Below are positions 13,935 to 27,189 of a stretch of DNA of 64,000 nucleotides, one piece after another (position 1 is the first letter of the stretch; the number at the start of each line of letters is the position of its first letter). A program made the position numbers and the translations under genes. The stretch comes from Phoronis australis (taxonomy: Eukaryota; Animalia; Phoronida): contig NMRA01000464.1 of the NCBI GenBank assembly GCA_002633005.1, positions 1 through 64,000 on the forward strand, given 5' to 3'. Below the pieces are notes generated by a model, which worked only from the letters and a program-made list of their open reading frames with translations, had not been told where the DNA came from and did no database searches.

Positions 13935-14069
13935 CATGGGCAGCACATCATAGGGGACTGGGAGGCCCTCACTTATTTCAGTACTGCGCCGCCCATGGTC
14001 ACATAGGTGGCGCACTGCAGGGGGCTGGGGGCTATAGCCCCCACTTTTTTCAGTACTGCGCCACCCATG
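13935..14069. mobile_element. Tandem dimer of ~65-bp MITE (family 2) flanked by one 5-bp TSD ACTTA
   Basis: actta|catgggcagc...gcgccgcccatg gtca cataggtggcgca...gcgccacccatg|actta. Confidence 0.7.
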
Positions 14070-14454
14070 ACTTACTTACCTAAACAATTACGCGAAAGTT
14101 ACGTTAACACACTTGTTTTAGGCCCTAGGCCTCAGGAATTGGCGTGCGCATGCTTACATCCGGTATACCGAGGTCGGAACTCTGTGGTGAATTAGCTGTG
14201 TATATTGTTATATTATCAACAAACTGAGTTGCAATTAATGTAATTATCGATTCCATTCGAATTGAATTCCTTAAGGCTGCTATGAATCCGTCTTCTGTGA
14301 AAAAGAGTAAATTTTGGATTTTTGATCTGAACAACTTACCACAAAATACAGGGATTGGAATGACTAATGACAAAAAAGAGAAAAAAATTCCATGTGATGT
14401 ATCGTTCCACAAATAAATGGGCTTGTGTGATAGAAATATTTGTATTGCTGTAAA

Positions 14455-14700
14455 ATTAAACATTTTCCATGTGTGGCTCCATTCTTGAATCTTATCCAGC
14501 ACGGATTAAATCTCCTTCTCAGCTTCCATCAGGTCATTGCTCTGTGTCCACACGGCCACGTAGTCTGCAAACAAGCTCGCTTGCGGACTCTGGGTGAATT
14601 CGGGGAGGTCGTTGATGCAGAAGAGGAACAGGAGGGGTGATAGTACCGACGCCTGTGGAACGCCTTGCTTGAGGAGTACAGTCTTGTTCTTCATGCTGTC
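14455..14700 (-). mobile_element. Non-LTR retrotransposon reverse transcriptase fragment (degenerate)
   Basis: LKQGVPQASVLSPLLFLFCINDLP...SLFADYVAV (GVPQGS, INDL and FADD motifs, mutated), then LDKIQEWSHTWKMFN after a stop. Confidence 0.85.
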
Positions 14701-15387
14701 GAAGGTCACCCAGGTCAGGCGGTTGCCCGGGTCCGCGGTTTCCGCTCTGAACACTGTCACTGACTCAGTGACGGACGCACTGGATGCGGTATTCCTAGTC
14801 GATTTGTTATGAATGTTCGACTACAAATCCTTTCATTTATCGCTGAAAGTAAATTAACTAATGTGTGGTAATAATTTCCGCGTCCTCATAAAATACATTT
14901 AATTTTAGATTTGTTCATGTAAACATGGGGTACAATTTAAGCTTTTGTTATGAACATGAGTCAAAATTTTCCAATTTGGCCAGGGTCCCGATTTGGAGGC
15001 ACAGGCCACACCCTCCTTACCCCAAAAAGATGAGTGCCCCTACCCCAGGAGTCAACGTAGCTGGGTTGATCGCATGTTATTATACAAGGGAACCACAAAG
15101 TAATGAAAAGGTACAACAATCGATGTCAAAATCTCAAAAGATATTAAATCAATAACGCAACGAACTTCCCAAACGCGGTGTTGCAACATTTGGACTGGTC
15201 GCAGAAAATTTTTTTTTTTTCTAATCAAACTCCGCAACGTATGAATTTACTTTCGATTTTTTAAGTGATGTCCACAAAACAACCAGTAAATCTATGGAAT
15301 ATGTTATAGCCACTTTATTCAGTTGATGACAAATATTGCATTGTGGGATAGCTATGTGTGGTGGCTGGGAAAGGACGTAAGAATTTA

Positions 15388-15680
15388 TTTTTTCCTAACT
15401 CGAGAGCCCAGTAAAACTTGAGCGCTCAAGTTACGATTGTATTATTGTGTTATGCTAAAACACCTCTAAAAATTTTTGGGAGGACTGGACCTTTGCCTCC
15501 CTAAAAGGTTTGTTCGGTTGAGCCCGGGATGAAAGGATTCGTCACGGAGTTTCCATGTTCACGATCACAGCCTCGTTTTCATGCTCGTGAACTAACTCAA
15601 GCGCCTGACTTATAGCTCGGTTCCCGACTTATAAGTCGAGGGCTCTACCTATAACTGGAGTGCTCGAGTTAGGAAAATAT
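15388..15680. mobile_element. ~290-bp inverted-repeat element (MITE-like) just upstream of the CRIP start codon
   Basis: ttttcctaactcgag at 15390 and ctcgagttaggaaaa at 15663-15677 form a perfect 15-bp inverted pair that extends imperfectly inward. Confidence 0.6.
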
Positions 15681-15817
15681 TAATTATGATGTCCTCTTCC
15701 AACCACCGTAGTTACATGTTATTTTCCTCTCAAAGCAGGTCACAGCGAAGGCGTGTCTCATTTGAGCACAAGATATCGAGCTAGAAGTGTCCGACGAGCG
15801 CTGACTAAGACAGAAAG

Positions 15818-15857
15818 ATGCCGAAGTGTCCTGCCTGTAATAAAGAAGTTTACTTTG
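15818..15857 (+). CDS. CRIP1: Cysteine-rich protein 1 (CRIP, single LIM domain), coding exon 1
   Basis: MPKCPACNKEVYF + G|gtgagt donor. join(15818-15857,24861-24955,25938-25995,26988-27025) = 231 nt gives [76 protein letters not shown], with all introns GT-AG and phases consistent. Confidence 0.95.
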
Positions 15858-18800
15858 GTGAGTACAATTCAAAACAGGTTTCGGATTTAGGTTGACGATA
15901 CTGTCCGATCTTGCGTTAAATTCAGTCGCCAAGCCGATGTGCATGACAGCACGTTATGGCAATATGCCAGTTCTTTATGATTAGTCAACATCACAACGGG
16001 AATACGTGTAAGCTGTCGAAGCCAAGTACCCTAACAAAACGAGTTCTAGTAATCAGAAATTATCACCAAATAGGTCTACCTCTCGTGACAGACACTATTG
16101 TTCATTCACTGTTCCGATGGACGATATAAGCACGCTCACTGGGATTGGTCCATTTACTGATACAACAATGGCCCATTGGTTTCATTGATTATTCTGTCCT
16201 TGTCGAATAAACAAAGATTTCATGCTTTAACTGTCAGTGTTCATTTTACAGGATGCGTAAGCCTGTATAATATTGTAATGTAAACCCACTATGTGCGGAA
16301 TGAGTGCTTTTTTTACTTCAAATTTAATAACTCACCAATGACATAGATGGTGATAAATCGTATTTGCCTCTAATCGATTACAAACAAAACATATTTTAAC
16401 GGCTAACTCACTGATATCTACTGCACACATATCTGTGGCGGAAGTTCGACCATACAAGTTTATGATAAGCCCTCAAACCGTTATTAATTACCTGCTCCAT
16501 ACGTATTAAAATTACCCGTTTGTCATCATTCATGGCAGCTTCAGCTGTATATGTACAGTAATCGATAATGACCTTCAACAACTGAATGACCTCTTGCTCA
16601 AACTTCGTGAGGGGTACACAACCACAGGACTGATCTAGCGTTTGTCGTCACCAAAGACGTCGCACTAACACTTGATCTTACGTGGGTGTATGTCCACTCC
16701 CGGACGGGTACTCCCATAGGAGAAGTAAATTGTAAGTGCCACTCAAAAGTGTGGATTTTTCATGACCACTTTCCCTTCAAAAGTGTGTATTATCCAATCC
16801 CCACCTTTGGCTTTTTCTGATTTTTTTCCTTAGGGGTGGGTTCGCAATGAAGGTTCGCATTAAAACTTGAGTGTTCCAGAATACAGGTTTATGGAATTAA
16901 CGGTGCTGTCTCTGGAACAAGGCCTTGCCAGTCGATGACCTATTTATGGAAGCTCCCTATAATGCAGTGAGACCCCATTTTTTCGAGTCCCGCACTCTCT
17001 AAATGGTTCTTGTGGTGCTCCACTTGATCTGCGCAGCTGCAGCACAGTCTATTCGGAGCTTACAGCCACTTACTTAGTATTCTGTGTCTTCCTTCAACTC
17101 GTCCGCTTTATTTTTCATGAAAAATGTGTAGTAATGAGACTAATCTGATTAAGAGATTGGCACTTTTTCTCAGTGGTTATACTTTACTCAACTCAATTTT
17201 TGTAGGGACTTGTAACTACAACTACCACTTTTAGAAGTCAACACTTTCATCTCGGGTTTAACTGTGAAATTTGTCACCGATTTACGACACTTGTTTTTTA
17301 ATCATTTGCTGAGCACTGTACACGAGTGTTGGGGACACGACTACGGTAAAGGTCAGTTGTTGACTCATCATCAGTGACTGCCTGGCGGCACATCAACGTA
17401 CCCCCCGGAATAGAGTCGCTTTCATAAGAATGTTATCGTTCTTGAATGAACGTTTCAGTGCCTGATAGTCACTAAACCCTGCTGTAACCCCGGGATGCAC
17501 AGTTATCATTATCGCAATCACCGTTATGCACAGTTACTGAAAAGGGGATTTCCATTCAGCTTCCCTGCGATCCTCCTATTAGTACCCATGCAGGGATCAT
17601 TTTACAAAATCGTGGCTATGGACGCACAGAGCCTCAAATCTGTGGGCTAATTTGGAAGACCTGTGGGTCATGTGAGTATCCGTCGTCTGCCTTTTTCAAT
17701 TCAATTTTTGGTGGTAGCGGTAATTTATTGTGCTGTAATTTCGTATGGTACCATACTTACGCGGTGATTTAAGTCATTGACCTTAATGGCTAACTGCATG
17801 CCAACAAAACACATAAAAGCAGTTGGGATCTAATTGGCTTGAGCCTTGCGCGAACGTTGTTCTTTCGGTCACTGACATAAGTTTTGGCCATTGCTTTGCA
17901 TTTTCTTTACTAGAATTTGAATACTAGAATTTCAACTTATGAGGCATGGCTACGACTCAATTTTATGCGCTCGTTGACCCGAGTTAAATATCGCCACAGT
18001 GCGTCAATGAAAAATTTTATGAGCCAATCTGAATATGGGGTGCGGTCCTTAAATTATGCCTGGCCTGCCATGGCATGCGCACTCGTTCCATTTGCCAGAT
18101 GAACGCCTATGAGTGGCTGCACAGTTGAAGATTCTTGTTATCTTTGGTAGCTGTCTCTCTTCAGTTTTCTGATATTAACAAGAAGGAATTTGTGATAGGC
18201 CCACGCGTCGTTTGTTGCTGCTGGCGTGTTTGTTTAAGCAGCTAATTGTCGGTAAAAATAACGTACTGACTAATTGTTGGACACTATGTAATGGATTGTG
18301 GTCGACGATAATTGATTGGTAAATGGATCTATTTCGTGCTAAAATCTCGAGTACTTCCAAAATGGCAGGAACCTTGTTCGTGTTGATCTGTGTGATTCGG
18401 GTGAAACCTATGTTGAATGAAGAACGACAGCTGCAATCATTGTCGAGTGAAGAACCTAACAAATATTTGCTTTTCGAGAAATAAGTTGTTAAATCCACAA
18501 TCAGAAAGATACGAGGTACTTTCACTGTAGTCCAGTCTGTGAAGTAGACAGTCTCAACATAATACATATCACAGTCTGTGTTCGTTATTGTTGTTCATCG
18601 TCTATGCTTTTTTCAATATAGATTACAGGCATGAACGCACAGGCCTTGCGAACATGATGCAATCGATTCCTGATATTGTGTTTGATAAGTGACCGTTGAA
18701 ATTGAAAATAATGAGGTTAACATCAGCTGCATTCCTCAGCAGCATTAACCTCGCTGCACTTCTTTTTGGTCCGTGATCTTCGAGCTGTACCGATAGTTGA

Positions 18801-20222
18801 CTTGGTGGTCAAAGACCCGGGCGTCAGTTGCTGTTTACTGATTTCTGTACTCGTCGATCACTATGATAGTGTATCGTGCGGGAGAGGCTGGATTTAGCTA
18901 GACCCCATTTTCTTTTGAAAAATAGCATTTCATTTCTGACAGTCTCTCAGATTCATTTTTGAACTATTTGAAATTTAAGGAAAAGGCCGAACTTGTCCCA
19001 TGGCGGGGCAAGTCTGGTCAATTTTTGGGGTAACTTCGGCCACATCTATCCGTATTTTGACTCATAATTTTACTCTCTATTCTTTCAATAACATGGGATG
19101 ATGGTATTTTTGCATTATGTAGAAACTGAACAAAAAAGACAAATGGCCGACAAGTTTGTGCGCGCGCATGACGTATACAGTAGGCCTACATGTACATGCT
19201 TTAGCTCCGGTGAACTTTGGACAATAGGTTGAAATCTTTAGAAACAACACTTTAACAACGAGCAGTTGAACATAGTAGTATCACTATAGACTGTGAAACA
19301 CCCAAATGTAACAAAAAATCTTATGGAAACGTGAATGTGCAACTGATGGGCCAAACGTGCCCTTAATAAGAATGCCAAACAGGGTTACAAGAAATGCCTC
19401 CTTGTAGTGTCAACAACGTTAGATAGTATCGAAGGTTGCTGCTCTCGTAAATACCTACATATTTTAACGAAACCTGAGACAACTTGCGAAAAATGAAAAT
19501 GCAGTGAAAACGAGAAATTAGCTGCCATGTGAAGAAATGTAACTTTTACTTCCTAATGTGATATATATTTTCACAAATTCGCTGTTTTGAACACAAGTTA
19601 TGTGACTTAAGTGACATCACTGTTGTATCTGGATTGCTGTTTTATATTTGCCCAGTTTCCAAATTTGCCCCCATGCTGAACTAGCTCCGGTCTCCCCAAC
19701 CAATTCAAACAAGTAATACTAGTCCCCAGACCCAGGGTATGTCGACCTCGTCATTTTTCTATTATTCACCTTCAGGTCCCTGATGCCACCAGCCTGTATG
19801 ACAATGCTCATCGATCTACGTGATGCTACACGTATTGCGTAATACCCGTGAATGCAAGTTTTTCTGAACGCAGTTAATACCATGTGGGCATATCATACTA
19901 GATCATTGTGGAAAACTCCTTCTGCGATCGTTTCTACAGCAAAAACATGTCATTATATTAGGAACGTTGCATCTTTTGCTGCACACGGCTGATCGATTCC
20001 TTTATAAATATACTTCAAATTGTGTTAGTTTAAAGTAAATTTCAGCGGATAATTCAGAGATGTTAATGAACAGTGTGTACATGTAATTCAGAACACAGGC
20101 GTCCAATACACTATATATACTACAAGGTATGGCACTCGGGACTAGGAATTCCACAGGTGCTTTATTTCAGCCGTCCATATCAAACACAAAACTCAATAAA
20201 TTTACACAAAACGGGTTTTACC

Positions 20223-20526
20223 AACCATGAGCAATTGTTCTTTTTTTCTGATAGCATTTATAGTGTCCTGCCCCAGCGAATTCGCAACAAATTCACGGTC
20301 AAAGCACAAAAATCTTCTCCGCCAAAAAGCCGATGCGTACTGCCAAGGTGTCTCACAGATATTGCTGAGTTTTCACGGAAGGTCACGACATCAATAACTC
20401 CACCAGAGACTTGACAGTACGCATCGGCTTTTTGGGAAGAATTTTGTGTTTGACCGCGAATTTGTTGCGAACTCGCTGGAGCTGGACACTAAATGCTATC
20501 AGAAGAAAGAACAATTGCTCATGGTT
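20223..20526. mobile_element. Fold-back element, ~125-bp inverted arms, in CRIP intron 1
   Basis: aaccatgagcaattgttc...aaaaagccgatgcgtactg is mirrored by cagtacgcatcggcttttt...gaacaattgctcatggtt. Confidence 0.85.
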
Positions 20527-21228
20527 TGCTGAATGTCAATACGCAGTGGGTTGTCAGATAATTCAGAGTTGTTAATAAACAGTGCGGCGTCGCTTCCGTG
20601 TTTTACGAGTCCTGTATTTAAGGTGACCTCCGTGAACCGCACTTGAAAAACTTGTTTTACTGCTTTAGTTATAAGCGGCTTCTGGCTTGATGTTGAGTTT
20701 TACTATCTGAAGTCCAAGTCCGGCACCCCAATTCCGTATCTCACAATAACTCTTGTGTACATTTCCACCTTAGTTGTGAGAGGTGCTATTACTTTTGCTG
20801 TGAACCTGTGCTTACACCGGCAACTGAATCTAATATATCAATTGACCATGTTATTCAAAACAGTACCTGAGCTGCACAAGCAGTACACCGAAGTTGCCAT
20901 TTCGTAGTACCATATGGTGCTATCAAATGCGAACAAGAGCGCCGCAAACGATATGCTTCGGCAGGGATGTTTATTAGAGTGATGAGCAAGCCAAATTTCA
21001 GGAAAATCCGTTAAACACCTCCAGAGACACAGAAGCAAGCGTAAAAGTCTAAAATCTGAAATTACCACTCGGGTGGGGCACGCCGGTAGTACCACTCGGG
21101 TGGGGCCCAGCGGTAGTGAGATCCGTTCAAAAGTAGTGGTCATTCGTTGGTACATTCATAGGGTAGAAAATAAATCTGAAACTAAATAAGGCGATCCAGA
21201 TCCTCCCAAAGATACTTTTGTTTCACGA

Positions 21229-21456
21229 AATGTAGAATATAAATAGGTAAATAAAACAACAAGAATGGATCAACTGAAATTTTCGGACATGATAACGTCC
21301 CTCATCAACAGAAACAGAACTGAAGTAAAATGTCAATTGTCGTATAGTGTTTGATTTTACTTTATTTCTGTTTCTGTTGACGAAGGACGTTATTATATCC
21401 GAAAATTTCAGTTGATCCATTCTTGTTGTTTTATTTACCTATTTATATTCTACATT
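21229..21456. repeat. Near-perfect ~230-bp palindrome (MITE-like) in CRIP intron 1
   Basis: aatgtagaatataaataggtaaataaaacaacaagaatggatcaactgaaattttcgga is exactly mirrored at the right end; the inner part is imperfect. Confidence 0.9.
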
Positions 21457-23071
21457 CATAGGAAAACACTTGGCAAACTTTACAAGGAGCCTCCAAAGAG
21501 TTGAGAAAATGCAGCCGCAGGCTGGCACCACGGCCTGAACGTTAGCCGGGGTCTTCTCAGGAGGAACACATATAGTGACAATTTTTATAATGCTCCTTCT
21601 ACCGGTTTGATGGATAGGCTCATAAACATGATAAGTGTTAACACCAGTCATTTGCCTTTTTGTTGGTTGTTGGTTTACATAGAAACTGGTCATGGAACTG
21701 TTAAATCACTGTGAGTGTGTCTGCTCAACCAATGAGCTATACCAGGCTCAACGTATACCTCAATCACTACACCAGCCACCGGATATTTAGATGTCGATCA
21801 TCTCTCATTTTTGTGTATTTGCATGTAATGTATGTTAATTCTTCGCTTTCATTACTTTTTGTCGCAACTCTCTCTTATACCTGTAAGATAATATGAAATT
21901 TCGCAATGAACGCGAGCAGTTTAAAAATTCATGGGTCTCTTTATTTGAGGGACTTGCTTAACCACAAGCGCGCTTTAATACTCGGATATGAACTTGTCGG
22001 TTTGCTCTCCGCCCCTTTTTTAGAATCAACAGTTTGTGTTTTATAATGACAGCCTAGATACGAAAGATTTTTACCCTAATCTGTACGCGCCTTGAAAGCA
22101 AACAGATCATGTGCGTGCCCGCCCATTAAGCCAACACAGTAATCTAACTGTTGCGTATGGTCACCGTCGTTTTTCGTTGGATTAATTTTCCCACCTGGAG
22201 AAAAGGCGTGCATATTATTATCAATTACTTATTTCATGAGCTCAATAGGACATATTCAATCCATGGCACCGATCCCGGAGGCACAGATTGGTGTCAACGA
22301 CCGGAATTCGGGGTGAAGTATCATTCCGGAGAGTAGATGAAATGAGAAATCTTTTGTTAGGTACAAGTTTCAAATCGTTTGCTACATAACCATAATCCTT
22401 GAGCAGCAACGAGGTTGAATTTTGCACCGGGAATATGTGCAAGCCATTCCCCGTCTTCGCCATCAAATGTACTCTTGCACCACAATGATAATTTCTCAGG
22501 CTTTGAAGGGATTCCCAAAATGAATAGTGTCAAAGAGAAGGCAGTACGTACATTGGCAGTACGTCATCAGGTCACTCACACGTTTTAGATGTCTGATTGT
22601 AATAACGTCGCTTTATGAATACTTAGGGGACTATGCAAACAGATCACGACCTCTTTTGTGAGTAATTTAACGTTTGCAAGCTCCCAGTTTCACTTTTTTG
22701 TTACCATAAAGGCAAAAAATGTGCTGTTTTCCGAACAATTGTACGTCCTGGGTTTGCTGTCAGAGACTCTGTGTCTTAAGCTTTCAATCGATGGGTTTTG
22801 GTTGGCAAAGAAGGATAACAAACATCTTCCCACACGTATTTGTGTAATCATTCACCGATGACTGGGCAAACTCCATGACACTGCATTGGTTCAACAGACG
22901 TTGTGGTGCATTTTTCTCAAAGGATTTTGTTATATATATATTATGTGTAGAGGACAGTCTGAGCGCGTGTAACGTGTTGGTATCTCGTTACATGTTGTTT
23001 TTTAGAATTGAAACTTAATAACATGCACTTTACTGGTGTTACTATCTCAAATTCGCGGTGCATTTTTATAT

Positions 23072-23326
23072 CATGTGTCCACCCAGGGAGGGGCTCGTGG
23101 GGCTCGAACGAGACACCCCATTTGGCGAAATGGCCAAAAAGGTCTGCCTCAGAGAAAGAAAATGAGACAAAAGTCCACTGAAAAGACTCGAATGCCCAAT
23201 TCATAGCCCGGCTGAACGTGATATCTGTTTTTTTCTGTTTTTTAGTCCTCCGTCTGTTTTGTTAATAAAAGGTCCACATTGTCCAAAAATCGAGCCCCCC
23301 TACATATTAGGCTTTGTGCGCGCATG
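23072..23326 (+). mobile_element. 255-bp MITE (family 1, copy B), 5-bp TSD TATAT
   Basis: tatat|catgtgtccacccag...gtgcgcgcatg|tatat. Confidence 0.8.
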
Positions 23327-23391
23327 TATATCGTTGGCAAAAAGATATTGGTTACACATTGTCGGAATCAAAAGTGATTTTCTGCGATAAA

Positions 23392-23460
23392 CCTCTGCGC
23401 GGAATCGAACCTGCGACCCCGGAGGTTGTAATCTAACGCTCTACTGGCGGAGCTTAACTA
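23392..23460 (-). mobile_element. tRNA-derived SINE head (degenerate)
   Basis: Minus strand reads agctccgccagtagagcg...ggttcgattcc (A- and B-box-like). The anticodon stem does not pair, so this is not a tRNA gene. Confidence 0.55.
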
Positions 23461-24403
23461 CACACGATAACTCTTCAGGAAGTCAAGTCACCGCCCTTGA
23501 TTTCAGTGACTGTCTGGCAGACAACGACGAGAATTAGCGATTTGTAAAAACGTACGTTTTTTGCTGTTTGGTAGCTCTTGAGTGTTCATGTAATGTTCTG
23601 CGTTGGACAGACAAAATCAAAGTCAGAGTTTGACGGGATGACTTTATTTACTAATTTCACTTGGAACCTCAGTGAGAACTTTGAATCCTTGTGAGAACCG
23701 TGTGAGAACTGTAGTAGAAATTGCTCCCTTTGATCTTATCCACGCATGAACATCCAATTCTTGTTTTGTGTATCAGTATGATCCTTGTCAATGACTGAAT
23801 ACACTCCTTGAAACTCTACAGACTCAGTGATCTGCTTAAAATACTTGATTCTCTAAAGTTACTGAGCTTCCTCGTCTCCTAACTTTTTTCTTTTGAGAAT
23901 TACGCTTATGTTGGCTCTAGAAATATTTCTACTCTAAGATATGACTAAACATCACATGGACACTGGTCAAGGCATGAGTACATCGGTGTGGGTGTTTCTA
24001 AGAATCAACCCAACCTAAAGTTGACCACACCAAAACATGTTTTGATGATCATATTCTGTTTGTCAGAACTACACTGGGAAATTAGGAGAACTAAAGCTTT
24101 TCTGAAGAAATTGTCTATATATAATAAGTTTACCACAAGTTGTTTACAATAACAAATCCTGTTCTAAAAAAATTGTGCAACACTTAAGTTTACCACAACA
24201 AGTTGTTTACAATAACAAGTCCTAAAATATTTGTGACTTTCAAAATAATTAACTGATATTAACACATTTATATATAAATTTAATTATCGATTTATAATAA
24301 GTCGTTACATAAATCTAACATTTTTCATCAAAAATGTTACAGTTCCATCCAACAATAATCCCAAAATTGCGGTTATCGGAAGCAAAACCTATATTGTCCA
24401 TTT

Positions 24404-24578
24404 CATGCGCGTGCCCAGCCTAAAAATTGAGGGGCTCGATTTTTTGGGAATGTGGACCTTCTACTAAAAAATGAGGCACGTTGAGTGCTGTAATGACCTT
24501 TTTGCCCACTTCGCCAAAAGGGTGCTCGTTCGAGCCCAACGAGCTCCACCCCCCCCCCCNCCCCCGGTTGCGCGCATG
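24404..24578 (-). mobile_element. 175-bp MITE (family 1, copy C, reversed), TSD CATTT/CCTTT (1 mismatch)
   Basis: cattt|catgcgcgtgcccag...ggttgcgcgcatg|ccttt. The internal sequence is the reverse complement of parts of copies A and B. Confidence 0.75.
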
Positions 24579-24860
24579 CCTTTGAGTTAAGAAATGTTGT
24601 ACTAACGTGATTGCTATCTTTGTCCGAAGTACTTATAATATTAAAATGAAAAATGACCGATGAATCTATCTCGTTATGTTCATAAAATGGTCGTCTTTGC
24701 TTTGGAATTTCCCTGGTGCGAGCCTGCTTGTCTATTTTGCGCGGTTTCCACTTGTGGCATGACGAGCGATAAAGATTGACGTGTCTATATCTTTCTTCGT
24801 GTGGTGATTTCAATTCAGTAACTACGTCAACTAAGCAAAATTGTCTCTTTGATCTTTCAG

Positions 24861-24955
24861 CTGAGAAGGTGACTTCGCTTGGAAAAGACTGGCACCGGCC
24901 TTGCTTGCGTTGTGCAAAATGCAAAAAGACCCTGTCGAGTGGTGGTCATGCTGAG
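24861..24955 (+). CDS. CRIP1: CRIP coding exon 2
   Basis: ctttcag|CT GAG AAG...GCT GAG|gtaaa, encoding (A)[31 protein letters not shown] (LIM core). Confidence 0.97.
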
Positions 24956-25937
24956 GTAAAACATGAGATGACGTTATGTGACTTCTTTTAAACCTCACGC
25001 CATGGCACGTTTAATATCGCACTTCTGCCCTTTATGATCGCTACTATTTGAAAAGAGGGTGAGGCTCTTTTTAGCCGGCCGCCCTCTGAGATGGCTGTTG
25101 TCGTATTGGATTCACCATAATTTTTCTGCGATGAGCAATGTTTAGATGAAGGGATGTGTGGTGTGTGGTTTCCAAGGAATCGTTGAAAAATGGTCACGAA
25201 TTACGACCAAAGTTTCAGAATATGATAGCAACACACGTCGCATAACCGGCAAACCCTGTTGATTTCTGGTGAAATCACCCGGCAAGAGTTTTGGATTTTA
25301 AATTCGTTCAAAATCCATATGCGTAACGTCAATTTAGACCCTGTGATGTTTGCTGAAGTAGTTAACAAATATCATTACCACTTCCAAATAAGCCACGGCA
25401 TCTCATTCAGTTTTGTGTGACGTCATGAATAACAACTGAAGCTGCGACTGGTGAGCATTAACTTGTGGGATTTTGACCACACGGTGACCGTTATGACTTT
25501 ATTTCATCACTAGAGTGTAAATAGTCGTATTTCGTTAAATGTGCGAGTAAGCTCAAAATGGTCAATATGTGTGTTTCAAAACATAGAAAGTGTAGGAAAT
25601 CTTGGAACTTAGTGTTTGGCAAGGTGAATAACTAAATTTTGAAATAGTGTTTGGCTAGTGACACCTAGTGTTGACAATCTGAGGCTATATGGTGTTCGGT
25701 GAATCGGACGCTGCTTGGAATCCTTCAGTATATGTTCAACTTGGCAAGCTCGGAGTTGACTAATATCTAGTTCAGCCAGTCCGTAAGACATGAAATTGTT
25801 TTGAACCATTCTACGAAAATTAGTGGGATATTCTTATGAAAGAGTCACAAATAGTCTGTTTTCTGAAGAATTATGCATTCTGTGCATGATTTAGCATCTA
25901 TGTTGTTTACATTAATAGCAAATCTTCTTTTTTTCAG

Positions 25938-25995
25938 CATGAGGGACAACCATATTGTAACAATCCGTGTTATTCCGCCCTGTTTGGACCCGGAG
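25938..25995 (+). CDS. CRIP1: CRIP coding exon 3
   Basis: ttttcag|CAT GAG...GGA G|gtaca, encoding [19 protein letters not shown]. Confidence 0.95.
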
Positions 25996-26987
25996 GTACA
26001 CATGCATCTATTTTATTTAATGAACTTAATGTACTTGAAAGTAAAGAGACAAGTTATTGAATTAATTCTGGTATGGTGCAACTGAACAGCTGTTTCATGG
26101 GTGTGCAAAACACCACATAAAACAAACGGACATGGTTAAGAGTACAATGCGGAAAGATAGTTAATTGTCCATTCCCATATTTCTTTATAGACTGCATTCC
26201 CCGTTGGTCTCCCTGAATATAAACTATAACAGGTAATGCAAAAGGTATTTCTGCCCTGGAGTGTGGTTGCCTAAGCTCTTTCACTCCGTTTAGTATGCTC
26301 ACACTGGTATTTTCCAAATACATGTGGCGTCATTTCCCAGAAAGACGTCAACTTCGGAAGTGGCATCGTGTCTCAAAACGTTTCCTTGATTACCTGGAGA
26401 ATTTTGGGGTTCAAATTTGTAACCGGACGTCGCGTTATATGAAATGGGTGTTGCTTTTTGAATCATTAATTTATTTCTTGTATACTAAACGTGTGTGCAA
26501 AGCTTGACATGACACTCTACATTGGAGTCATGTCGAGCGAATCCGCACTGCCCTCTAACACCAGTGTACGTCAATCACTAAATCAGTACTCCGGTCTCGT
26601 GGGTACCTGGTGTGATTGTTATTTAATGCATGACGTTCACACTGTCTGGCCCTTTCAACAGCAGTTTATAAATATGACTGTACAAAGTTACGACCTGGGG
26701 AAACGAATGACAATGAATGTGTCACTTGGTGCAGTCTGATTAATAACCAGTTATATGTTCTAGAAACTTGAAGATGTTTGCGACAATAGATGTCTCTCCT
26801 AGTACGTCGTAACTGTTGGTTTCGACGAAGCACTACTTTCGCGAAAAAGATGAGCTCTATGCAGTTATTCCAAAAGTAAAGTGAGATTAAACATTGGTGA
26901 AATTCCAAGCTAACGACATAATTTTGAATTTAACTACTGCTGGCGACATGACTGATATTTTTCAGTGACATTCATCTTCTTTTTCAG

Positions 26988-27025
26988 GTTTCGGTCGAGG
27001 TGGCGCTGAGAGTCACAAGTACTAA
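26988..27025 (+). CDS. CRIP1: CRIP coding exon 4 (stop)
   Basis: ttttcag|GT TTC GGT CGA GGT GGC GCT GAG AGT CAC AAG TAC TAA, the CRIP-type GFGRGGAESH tail. Confidence 0.95.
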
Positions 27026-27189
27026 ACGTGGACCAAGCTTGTTCCCAGCCATACTTGTATTTTCACACTTTTCTGTTTTTCTGGTTTAGATGGTTATAAT
27101 TATAATTTCTAGCACCTTTGCACATTTTGTGGTAATGGTTGCCTTGTAATTTAATGCATTCAATCTCAATTTTATTGCAGAATATATAT

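Noticed and set aside
18175-18567. 130-aa minus ORF with a VYFTDW motif resembling an LDLR YWTD repeat
   Set aside because: It is a single short match with no further repeats or convincing exon structure, and it lies antisense within the CRIP intron.
23392-23460. tRNA gene candidates here and at 58750-58825 and 59400-59470
   Set aside because: A/B boxes are present but the acceptor and anticodon stems do not pair; they are treated as SINE-type heads.
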